Assembly: GCA_000146045.2 (NCBI GenBank)
Contig: BK006948.2
Location: forward strand, 640,001 to 704,000
Length of the DNA stretch: 64,000 nt
Direction of reading: 5' to 3'
Source: TPA_inf: Saccharomyces
Lineage: Eukaryota
Numbering within the stretch: position 1 is the first letter of the stretch; every line of letters begins with the position of its first letter. Below the pieces are notes generated by a model. It saw only the letters and a list, made by a program, of their open reading frames with translations. It searched no databases and was not told the DNA's origin. Below, piece by piece: positions 35,939 through 45,766 of this stretch. The position numbers and the translations under genes were made by a program.

Positions 35939-37840
35939 ATGGGACTCCTAAACTCTTCAGATAAGGAAATTATCAAAAGGGCTCTACCAAAAGCGTCGAA
36001 TAAGATTATTGATGTTACGGTGGCTCGACTATACATTGCATACCCTGATAAAAATGAATGGCAGTACACTGGACTTTCAGGAGCTCTTGCTCTAGTAGAC
36101 GATCTTGTGGGGAATACTTTTTTTTTGAAATTAGTTGACATCAATGGCCATAGAGGAGTTATCTGGGACCAAGAATTGTATGTGAATTTTGAATACTATC
36201 AAGACCGTACTTTTTTTCATACATTTGAGATGGAAGAATGCTTTGCAGGTTTATTGTTTGTAGATATTAATGAAGCATCGCACTTTTTAAAGAGAGTTCA
36301 AAAGCGTGAAAGATATGCTAACAGGAAAACTTTGTTGAACAAAAATGCTGTAGCATTAACCAAGAAAGTAAGAGAAGAACAAAAATCTCAAGTGGTGCAC
36401 GGCCCAAGAGGGGAGTCATTGATTGACAATCAAAGGAAAAGATATAATTATGAAGATGTGGACACAATTCCAACTACAAAGCATAAGGCTCCTCCCCCTC
36501 CTCCGCCAACGGCCGAAACATTTGATTCAGACCAAACAAGTTCATTTTCCGATATCAATTCGACAACAGCATCCGCACCGACTACCCCAGCCCCTGCTCT
36601 TCCTCCTGCATCTCCTGAAGTAAGAAAAGAAGAAACGCATCCAAAGCATAGTTTACCGCCTTTACCAAATCAGTTTGCGCCATTACCAGACCCTCCACAA
36701 CATAACTCTCCACCTCAAAATAACGCGCCTTCGCAACCCCAAAGCAATCCATTTCCATTCCCAATTCCTGAAATTCCCTCGACACAGTCTGCAACAAACC
36801 CATTTCCATTTCCGGTACCTCAGCAGCAGTTTAATCAAGCTCCTTCAATGGGCATACCACAGCAGAATAGGCCCCTTCCACAGTTGCCTAACAGAAATAA
36901 TCGGCCTGTGCCACCTCCTCCGCCAATGCGTACCACTACTGAAGGTTCAGGTGTTCGCCTACCTGCTCCTCCACCTCCGCCAAGGCGTGGGCCAGCACCA
37001 CCGCCTCCACCACATAGGCACGTAACCAGTAATACCCTGAATTCTGCCGGTGGAAATAGCCTCCTTCCACAGGCCACTGGAAGAAGAGGGCCAGCACCAC
37101 CACCTCCTCCAAGAGCATCTCGCCCCACACCAAACGTTACGATGCAACAAAATCCACAACAGTACAATAATTCTAACCGCCCCTTTGGATATCAGACAAA
37201 TAGCAACATGTCATCTCCACCCCCTCCTCCAGTGACAACTTTCAATACCCTGACACCACAAATGACTGCAGCAACTGGACAACCTGCAGTTCCCCTTCCT
37301 CAGAATACTCAAGCACCTTCGCAAGCCACAAATGTGCCAGTGGCACCACCACCTCCTCCGGCATCTTTAGGCCAGTCGCAGATACCTCAGTCAGCACCCT
37401 CAGCACCTATTCCGCCAACGTTACCATCGACGACGAGTGCTGCACCACCTCCGCCACCAGCATTCCTAACTCAACAACCTCAATCTGGAGGAGCTCCAGC
37501 TCCACCCCCACCTCCTCAAATGCCAGCTACATCAACATCCGGAGGCGGTTCATTCGCTGAAACTACTGGAGATGCAGGTCGTGATGCACTTTTAGCTTCA
37601 ATTAGAGGGGCAGGTGGCATAGGCGCTTTGAGAAAAGTTGACAAATCGCAGCTAGATAAGCCCTCAGTTTTACTGCAGGAAGCACGTGGAGAATCTGCTT
37701 CACCACCAGCAGCGGCTGGAAATGGAGGCACACCTGGTGGACCTCCGGCTTCTTTAGCAGATGCGTTGGCAGCAGCTTTAAACAAAAGAAAAACTAAAGT
37801 GGGAGCTCATGACGATATGGACAATGGTGATGATTGGTAA
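35939..37840 (+). CDS. LAS17: LAS17, the yeast WASP homolog and an actin assembly factor, 633 aa.
   Basis: N-terminal WH1 domain, long polyproline tracts including three RGPAPPPPP repeats, a WH2 motif (RDALLASIRGAGGIGALRKV) and an acidic C-terminus DDMDNGDDW. Confidence 0.95.
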   Translation: MGLLNSSDKEIIKRALPKASNKIIDVTVARLYIAYPDKNEWQYTGLSGALALVDDLVGNTFFLKLVDINGHRGVIWDQELYVNFEYYQDRTFFHTFEMEECFAGLLFVDINEASHFLKRVQKRERYANRKTLLNKNAVALTKKVREEQKSQVVHGPRGESLIDNQRKRYNYEDVDTIPTTKHKAPPPPPPTAETFDSDQTSSFSDINSTTASAPTTPAPALPPASPEVRKEETHPKHSLPPLPNQFAPLPDPPQHNSPPQNNAPSQPQSNPFPFPIPEIPSTQSATNPFPFPVPQQQFNQAPSMGIPQQNRPLPQLPNRNNRPVPPPPPMRTTTEGSGVRLPAPPPPPRRGPAPPPPPHRHVTSNTLNSAGGNSLLPQATGRRGPAPPPPPRASRPTPNVTMQQNPQQYNNSNRPFGYQTNSNMSSPPPPPVTTFNTLTPQMTAATGQPAVPLPQNTQAPSQATNVPVAPPPPPASLGQSQIPQSAPSAPIPPTLPSTTSAAPPPPPAFLTQQPQSGGAPAPPPPPQMPATSTSGGGSFAETTGDAGRDALLASIRGAGGIGALRKVDKSQLDKPSVLLQEARGESASPPAAAGNGGTPGGPPASLADALAAALNKRKTKVGAHDDMDNGDDW

Positions 37841-38190
37841 TGGAATGCAAACAAAGATGAAACTACTGTTATAGAAAATATGTAATTTTATGTACTCACT
37901 ATTAATGATCAAAGTAATTGCTCTTTTTATGTATAGTTTCTTTAATCGGAGGAAATTTTGATATAGGTTCAAAGGCGGTCAGTGATTGAATGATCAAGGT
38001 AATAGTCGGGCTACAATGATGGCCATCCCTATGGCCGTTTCAAATGTTTGAGAAAATGATGTATAGTAAATCCTAGATTTTAGCAGTTCGAATCAAAAAC
38101 CCATGTAAAAAGGGTAAATATTTCCTAATTATAATATTTTTGTTTAATTACACATGTAGAACAATAAAAGTATAGAATTTTAGATAGTAT

Positions 38191-38793
<603 letters not shown>

Positions 38794-38871
38794 TTTGTAT
38801 AATTTGTTTATCTAGTATCTTGAGGAAGGAGTGCTAATTCAGAATCTTCATCCTTAATATTGAAGATTGGG

Positions 38872-39261
38872 ATGAGATTACTTCACCATGGTGAATACGG
38901 GACAAAACTAATTGGAGGAAAATGCAGCATAGATGGGAAACTCGGTCACCCTTGCCCGCTAAGCAGAAGACGCAAAAAACATCTGCGCGAAAAAGAAATG
39001 GGTCCACAATATGTACGGATGTATGGTCCCAAAAGAAAAGCCATAATAAGGACAGGAAACCCGGATGACGGCATTAATTTACCTGACACCGGCCGAGGCA
39101 CCTTAACTGCAGCCACAATTTGGTCACGAGCTTACCATTCAAATTATTCTTACCTTGTACGCCCAAAAGTAGTGACTCTTTCTAAGCATCGCGAATTAAT
39201 GACTACTTTTCTTTTATACGTTTTATATGTATGTATATATATAAGTGCCTTCATAAAATAG
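38872..39261 (+). CDS. FYV12: FYV12, an annotated ORF of unknown function, 129 aa. Its coding status is questionable (see findings).
   Basis: ATG-initiated 129-codon ORF; the track ORF is extended to TTG 38860. It occupies 390 of the 563 bp between the divergent RPS30B and SER1 start codons. Confidence 0.4.
   Translation: MRLLHHGEYGTKLIGGKCSIDGKLGHPCPLSRRRKKHLREKEMGPQYVRMYGPKRKAIIRTGNPDDGINLPDTGRGTLTAATIWSRAYHSNYSYLVRPKVVTLSKHRELMTTFLLYVLYVCIYISAFIK
39010..39022. promoter_or_regulatory. Rap1-like site upstream of RPS30B.
   Basis: TATGTACGGATGT has one mismatch to KRTGTRYGGGTGT (the reverse complement of ACACCCRYACAYM). It lies about 217 bp upstream of the RPS30B ATG. A weaker second copy overlaps it at 39017-39029. 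Confidence 0.35.
39173..39178. promoter_or_regulatory. Gcn4 core site TGACTC upstream of SER1.
   Basis: 'gtgactctt' lies about 180 bp upstream of the SER1 ATG. SER1 is under general amino-acid control. Confidence 0.3.
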
Positions 39262-39356
39262 ACAAAGACATTAAGGAGCCTTTGAAATTACTTAATTGAA
39301 CAACACAGGTCTAATTAGTTGATCAATCATCGATTAACCATTAGTGATAAGAAACA

Positions 39357-40544
39357 ATGTCTTTGGAAAGAGAGGAACCACAACATTTCGGAGCAGGGCC
39401 AGCTCAAATGCCTACACCAGTTTTGCAACAAGCTGCTAAAGACTTAATCAATTTCAATGACATAGGTTTGGGTATCGGTGAAATTTCTCACCGTTCGAAG
39501 GATGCCACCAAAGTGATTGAAGACTCTAAGAAGCACTTAATCGAACTGCTAAATATTCCTGACACTCATGAAGTGTTCTACTTGCAAGGTGGTGGCACTA
39601 CTGGTTTTTCTTCCGTTGCTACTAATTTGGCAGCTGCATATGTGGGTAAGCATGGGAAGATTGCACCTGCCGGTTATTTAGTCACCGGTAGTTGGTCTCA
39701 GAAATCTTTTGAAGAGGCAAAGAGATTGCACGTTCCTGCTGAAGTTATCTTCAACGCTAAAGATTATAACAATGGCAAATTTGGTAAAATTCCGGATGAA
39801 TCCCTTTGGGAAGATAAAATCAAAGGTAAGGCTTTCTCATACGTGTACCTATGTGAGAATGAAACTGTTCATGGTGTTGAATGGCCAGAATTACCAAAAT
39901 GTTTAGTAAACGACCCCAACATCGAAATTGTTGCTGACTTATCCAGCGACATTTTGTCTCGTAAGATTGACGTTTCTCAATACGGTGTCATCATGGCAGG
40001 CGCCCAAAAAAACATTGGTTTAGCAGGCTTAACCCTATACATTATCAAGAAATCCATCCTTAAGAATATTTCTGGCGCTTCTGATGAAACATTACATGAA
40101 TTGGGAGTACCAATCACCCCTATTGCATTCGACTATCCAACGGTGGTGAAGAACAACTCAGCCTATAATACAATTCCAATTTTCACTTTACATGTTATGG
40201 ATCTCGTGTTCCAACATATTTTGAAGAAGGGTGGTGTTGAAGCGCAACAGGCTGAAAATGAAGAAAAGGCCAAGATATTATATGAGGCATTGGATGCAAA
40301 TTCAGATTTTTACAACGTTCCAGTGGATCCAAAGTGTAGATCAAAAATGAATGTCGTTTTCACCCTTAAAAAGGACGGCCTTGATGACCAGTTTCTAAAA
40401 GAGGCAGCTGCTCGTCATTTAACCGGTTTGAAAGGACATCGTTCAGTTGGTGGGTTCAGAGCCTCCATCTATAACGCGCTTTCAGTGAAAGCTGTACAAA
40501 ACTTGGTAGATTTTATCAAGGAATTTGCTGAGAAAAACGCTTAA
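39357..40544 (+). CDS. SER1: Phosphoserine aminotransferase (class V PLP aminotransferase), 395 aa.
   Basis: 395-aa ORF with the PSAT PLP-lysine region (GAQKNIGLAGLT). Position matches YOR184W. Confidence 0.93.
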   Translation: MSLEREEPQHFGAGPAQMPTPVLQQAAKDLINFNDIGLGIGEISHRSKDATKVIEDSKKHLIELLNIPDTHEVFYLQGGGTTGFSSVATNLAAAYVGKHGKIAPAGYLVTGSWSQKSFEEAKRLHVPAEVIFNAKDYNNGKFGKIPDESLWEDKIKGKAFSYVYLCENETVHGVEWPELPKCLVNDPNIEIVADLSSDILSRKIDVSQYGVIMAGAQKNIGLAGLTLYIIKKSILKNISGASDETLHELGVPITPIAFDYPTVVKNNSAYNTIPIFTLHVMDLVFQHILKKGGVEAQQAENEEKAKILYEALDANSDFYNVPVDPKCRSKMNVVFTLKKDGLDDQFLKEAAARHLTGLKGHRSVGGFRASIYNALSVKAVQNLVDFIKEFAEKNA

Positions 40545-40684
40545 TATCAGCGGAATATGCCTGTAATTTGGTTCAAAGAAAAACTTTTTCAAGTCATATG
40601 TAAGTTTTAAATAAATCAGTTTACGAACATGCACAAGAATAACTTCTCTTCTTTTTCTTGAAATAAAGGCCGAATTATACGATA

Positions 40685-40863
40685 TGATATGAGACGTTCT
40701 AATTACAATACGATACCGTGAGATAAAAATAGCGATATCCTCGTACTCAAAGAAGTCTAATTGTTTTAGCCCGTTGATCAAAAAAATAAAATGTATTTTT
40801 ATTTTTTTGTCATCCAGCTCAAGATCGTAATATTGGCAATTAACAACCGAGCGAGGCACAGGG
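40685..40863 (+). ncRNA. SNR36: Candidate H/ACA box snoRNA, possibly SNR36.
   Basis: An H-box-like AAAGAA at 40749-40754 separates a 64-nt 5' segment from a 103-nt 3' segment. An ACA at 40858-40860 sits 3 nt before the proposed 3' end. From memory, SNR36 lies between SER1 and GSP2 on chromosome XV. I did not verify the secondary structure. Confidence 0.4.
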
Positions 40864-41443
40864 CAAAGAGAATGTGGGTGAGACTGAACTATCTCTCCCA
40901 ATATATTATACTTTTTTTTGTCGCGTCTACCAATTAAATGAAAACATAATTGGGAATACTTTCCTCTTCTTATATTTTATCTTAACTCGTTTCCGATCTT
41001 CTGATATTCTATTTGTATATGAATAAGAACATTATTGTAATCGAAAGAAGTATCTCTTTTCAAGAGGATTACTTTTCATTGAAAACTTTTGGACGGGCAA
41101 AAAAAAAAAAGCGCCAGCAGGAAGAAAAAAGGAATCTAGTAAAAAATAAAAATTAGGTTTATAAAGTAGTAAGTGAAGTGCAAGAGGGAGCGTTATTGGA
41201 CGATCATATTGTGATCGGATCCCGTTTATTGGTCTTTGATTCAATTTAAAAGAAAAGAAATGTACAGGTTAAACTTCAACATACCAAAAAAAAATTACAA
41301 TGTGGCAATTAAACAGAGAAGAACTAATTCTTTAAAAATAGACTTTCAGAACTATATATTAAAAATAAAAGAAATTTCAAAAAAAAATTTTTAGATTGAT
41401 GTGAGAAGAAGCAGAATATTTTCGTATATAAATTTTCATGTTT

Positions 41444-42106
41444 TTATAAATCAGCATCGTCTTCATCAGGTAATGGTAAAGCAGTGGCTTGGTCCATTTC
41501 TTGCTGGTATTGGTGCATTAGTTGCTCGTCAACTTGCACCTCAGGTGGGGCCAATGCAGGAGACGCAACAAACTCCAATTGTGGGTTACCGGCAAGTTTT
41601 CTAGCCAACCACAAGAAAGGCTTTTCAAAATTATAATTGGATTTTGCAGAAATGTCATAATATTGTAAGTTCTTTTTTCTATGGAAAGTGATAGTCTTGG
41701 CCTTGACCTTTCTCTCTTTGACATCGACTTTATTGCCACATAGCACTATGGGAATATTTTCACACACACGGACTAAGTCTCTATGCCAATTAGGGACGTT
41801 CTTGTAAGTGATTCTGGATGTGACATCGAACATAATAATTGCACATTGAGCATTGATGTAATAACCATCCCTTAACCCGCCAAATTTTTCTTGGCCTGCG
41901 GTATCCCAGACATCGAACTTAATTTCACCGAAATTAGTATAAAAAGATAGAGGATGAACTTCTACTCCGATAGTTGCAATGTATTTTTTTTCAAATTCAC
42001 CGGTCAGATGTCTCTTCACAAAGGTAGTCTTACCAGTACCTCCATCACCAACAAGAACTAACTTGAAAGTGGGAACCTCGGCATTGTTTTGAGCAGGTGC
42101 TGACAT
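41444..42106 (-). CDS. GSP2: Ran GTPase, 220 aa.
   Basis: Translation [53 protein letters not shown]...DDADL. The 220-aa length and N-terminus fit GSP2 rather than GSP1. Confidence 0.93.
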   Translation of the reverse strand: MSAPAQNNAEVPTFKLVLVGDGGTGKTTFVKRHLTGEFEKKYIATIGVEVHPLSFYTNFGEIKFDVWDTAGQEKFGGLRDGYYINAQCAIIMFDVTSRITYKNVPNWHRDLVRVCENIPIVLCGNKVDVKERKVKAKTITFHRKKNLQYYDISAKSNYNFEKPFLWLARKLAGNPQLEFVASPALAPPEVQVDEQLMHQYQQEMDQATALPLPDEDDADL

Positions 42107-43110
42107 TACGAACTTATATAGGTAGTCACAGGTTTATATCTTTATTGTGCTTAGCCGAACACTTACTTTCTCTCAAATTCCATCAAGAATTATTGTTTAT
42201 TCCTCCAGAAGAGATCAAGTACCATTTACACTATTTTTTGTATTTAAGGGGTGGCAGAATTCAGGATGCCACATGCGGCTTTTAATGATAGCAAGCTTAT
42301 ACAGCGGAAGACAAAAAAACGGGTAACTGACATTGTATATATTCACCTTGAAAATAAGTGCTAACGCCATGTAAGGGTATGGCCCGCTTAAAGGGCAAGT
42401 TCACTCCGCTCAAGATACAAAACTGAAACGATGAAGAAAAAAAGAGCATCTTGACCTCCCGTGACTCATTAAGACCACTTGAGACCACTTGCTCTATGTG
42501 TATCAACCTATAAACTGTATATCTTTTGCATTTTGCACCTCCTTAAGGAAAGAAACTCCCTTCGAAAGTATTATTTCCCTGTGGCCCCTTACTTCTCTAA
42601 TTGACAAGACAGAATTTTCTCGATAATTCCCTGGATAAAGTGTCAGTTTATAGAGTAGATCTCACTTGCCTTTTGACTGCTTCCGCAAGCAGAGGGATCG
42701 TAAGTTGTACACACCATTGCCTTGGCTATTACCACCACAATGTCGTGGCAATAGCGGAACCGTGCGGATGTAGCCATTGCTGCAAGCGAAAGCGCGGAGG
42801 TTAGCGGCAATGGCGTTCAAAACGGGATGGCTTCTTCGCCAAGTACACGGAATAATATCCAGATAGAAGTATTTTTGTGCGGTAAAGGGTACCACATCTG
42901 CAGCAGCGCAATGAAAATTGCGTATCAACAGCAAAAGAAATACTTAAATAGCATGTTTAGCACTTTTGATATAAAAAGGGGCCGCAAATGTTCTGGCGTA
43001 TTACTGTTTTTTCTTGTCAAATGTGTCACTAAGCAAGCAACTTGTAATCAAGACCTCAATTCAAGGTTAGTTTACTCCTTCTCTCAAATACTACGTAACA
43101 GATCTTATTG

Positions 43111-43545
43111 ATGACTTTGGCTTTTACGACCTTCGCTATTTCCAAGATAAACAATTCGTCCACGAATGAAGATTCTAAAGTCATGATACTGTGCGATGAG
43201 CATCACCCTTTCGAGAAGGGTTACTTTAAGTCCGCCATACGAGCCTTCGGCAACAGCATTAAGCTAGGATTAATGGGTAACTCGCGACCAGAAGACGCAG
43301 CGTCCATATTCCAAGATAAAAATATTCCTCACGATCTGACGACGGAAGAATTCAGGTTGCAGCTGGTCTGTATGGCTTTTTCCTGGTTCATATTTGGTCT
43401 CTTCATCGCCTGCTTACTACTTTGTATCACGCTTGTGCTAACATCGCGATATCCTGGAGAAAATGAAAACAAAGCCACGGAAGTTGTGCCATCCAGTAAT
43501 ATTGACGACGAAGAAAAGCAATTATCGCTTTCCGACATGATTTAG
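43111..43545 (+). CDS. Uncharacterized small membrane protein (YOR186W), 144 aa.
   Basis: ATG at 43111; the track ORF starts at the TTG 43108. One predicted transmembrane segment (LVCMAFSWFIFGLFIACLLLCITLVL) near the C-terminus. Confidence 0.7.
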   Translation: MTLAFTTFAISKINNSSTNEDSKVMILCDEHHPFEKGYFKSAIRAFGNSIKLGLMGNSRPEDAASIFQDKNIPHDLTTEEFRLQLVCMAFSWFIFGLFIACLLLCITLVLTSRYPGENENKATEVVPSSNIDDEEKQLSLSDMI

Positions 43546-44029
43546 TACTACGTGGAAGAAAGGAAAAGAAGCTGCTTTTCTCATTTAAAACATTTAGTTT
43601 ATATACTTCGCCTCTGGAGGACTTTTCAATTTATGCAATATGTGAGCACTTCTCTATTCTCGATTAGGTCTCTGATATATACATATACATAAACATAAAG
43701 CAGTAAGTTGGGTCTATTATACTGACAACCCTGTTACCCGCATTGAAATTGACAGGCTGCCCATTGATTGGTCAGTTTCCCACTAACCCGCGCTGGAGCT
43801 GATTTTTCATATTTTTAAGGATTTTGTTTTAGCACCCATCCGACCTCAGTCAATATATCCTTTCGCGACCAGGCTTTCCTCCCTTTTGCTGCTAACTGGT
43901 TACAGATTTTCCTATTTTTGGTCATTTTTATCTTTGAAACTGATTAAGCTGAAAAAATTTGAGCTTCTTTGTTGTAAACTATTTTGTGCTTTCAGTTTTA
44001 TTCTAGCTCGACAAAGGTAACAGACAAAA

Positions 44030-45343
44030 ATGTCAGCTTTATTACCAAGATTACTCACAAGAACAGCTTTTAAAGCTTCTGGGAAACTTCTGAGGCTCTC
44101 TTCAGTAATTTCTAGGACCTTTTCTCAAACTACTACTTCCTATGCAGCTGCTTTTGATCGTTCCAAACCGCATGTAAATATAGGTACGATCGGCCATGTT
44201 GATCATGGGAAGACAACTTTAACCGCAGCCATTACGAAAACGTTAGCCGCAAAAGGTGGTGCCAACTTCTTGGACTATGCTGCCATCGATAAGGCTCCGG
44301 AAGAAAGAGCTCGTGGTATTACAATTTCTACTGCACACGTGGAATACGAAACGGCCAAGAGACATTATTCTCACGTCGACTGTCCAGGCCACGCTGATTA
44401 CATCAAGAATATGATTACCGGTGCTGCTCAAATGGATGGTGCTATCATTGTTGTAGCTGCTACCGATGGACAAATGCCCCAAACTAGAGAACATTTACTT
44501 TTGGCCAGACAAGTTGGTGTCCAACATATTGTCGTTTTTGTTAACAAGGTTGATACCATTGATGATCCAGAAATGTTAGAGTTAGTCGAAATGGAAATGA
44601 GAGAACTTTTAAACGAATATGGGTTTGACGGTGATAATGCTCCAATTATCATGGGTTCTGCCCTTTGCGCTTTGGAAGGTCGCCAACCTGAAATTGGGGA
44701 GCAGGCCATCATGAAACTTTTGGATGCAGTGGATGAGTATATTCCTACACCTGAAAGAGATTTGAACAAGCCTTTCTTGATGCCCGTTGAAGATATCTTC
44801 TCTATCTCCGGTAGAGGTACTGTGGTCACTGGTCGTGTGGAAAGGGGTAATTTAAAGAAAGGTGAGGAATTGGAAATTGTTGGTCACAACTCCACCCCAT
44901 TGAAAACAACAGTTACTGGTATTGAAATGTTTAGAAAGGAATTGGACTCTGCTATGGCAGGTGACAATGCCGGTGTTTTACTTAGAGGTATCAGGAGAGA
45001 TCAATTGAAGAGAGGTATGGTCTTAGCTAAGCCAGGTACCGTTAAAGCCCATACAAAGATTCTAGCCTCTTTGTACATTTTATCCAAAGAGGAAGGTGGT
45101 AGACATTCTGGGTTTGGTGAAAACTACAGACCACAAATGTTTATAAGAACAGCTGATGTTACAGTTGTGATGAGATTTCCTAAGGAGGTTGAAGATCATT
45201 CTATGCAAGTTATGCCAGGTGACAATGTTGAAATGGAATGTGATTTGATCCATCCTACCCCATTAGAAGTTGGTCAACGTTTCAATATCAGAGAGGGTGG
45301 AAGAACTGTTGGTACCGGTCTAATCACACGTATTATTGAATAG
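44030..45343 (+). CDS. TUF1: Mitochondrial translation elongation factor Tu, 437 aa.
   Basis: EF-Tu G-domain motifs [14 protein letters not shown] and NKVD, with an N-terminal mitochondrial presequence. Confidence 0.95.
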
Positions 45344-45766
45344 ACTTATTGATGCAACTGGAGTATATTTCTATATATTCTGTTCATTTCCCCTCTCATA
45401 ATATATACTTGTTTCGTTAAAATTTTATACGTGTAAATAAAGTGCCATAAATTTTTCAGCTTTACTTTTGGTAGAGTCCTGCTAGCACTAGATTTTACAA
45501 TTTCATGTGCACACACCAAGGACGTGTTCTTATGTATATGTAAAAGATATCAAGGCGTTTTTGAATGCGTTTTTGTTGATTTGTTTACTTTCCGGCGTAT
45601 TCCTACGAAAAAAGCAAAGAAAAATACAAAAAAACGAAACATTCGCAAATGATGACAACTTGAAACCGCCAAAAGTCATCGCTTGGGAATTTTGAGGCAA
45701 GAGGCTGCTTCTATAAAAGTTTTCTTTACATGGCAAAAGGGTATTCGTATTAGGATAGTATTGGTT

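Noticed and set aside
42601-42804. Cysteine-rich 67-aa ORF (…CTHHCLGYYHH…CGCSHCCKRKRGG) that at first looked like a metallothionein-like peptide, overlapping the 90-aa minus-strand ORF 42662-42934.
   Set aside because: Both ORFs start at TTG and contain no ATG at all. They sit in the GC-rich repeat patch described in the findings. The cysteine richness comes from the TGC/TGT content of the repeats.
43040-43110. Possible short intron (GTTAGT … TACGTAAC … AG) just upstream of the YOR186W ATG.
   Set aside because: The 5' splice site and branch point are non-consensus, and the distance of about 35 nt is far below the minimum length of a yeast intron.
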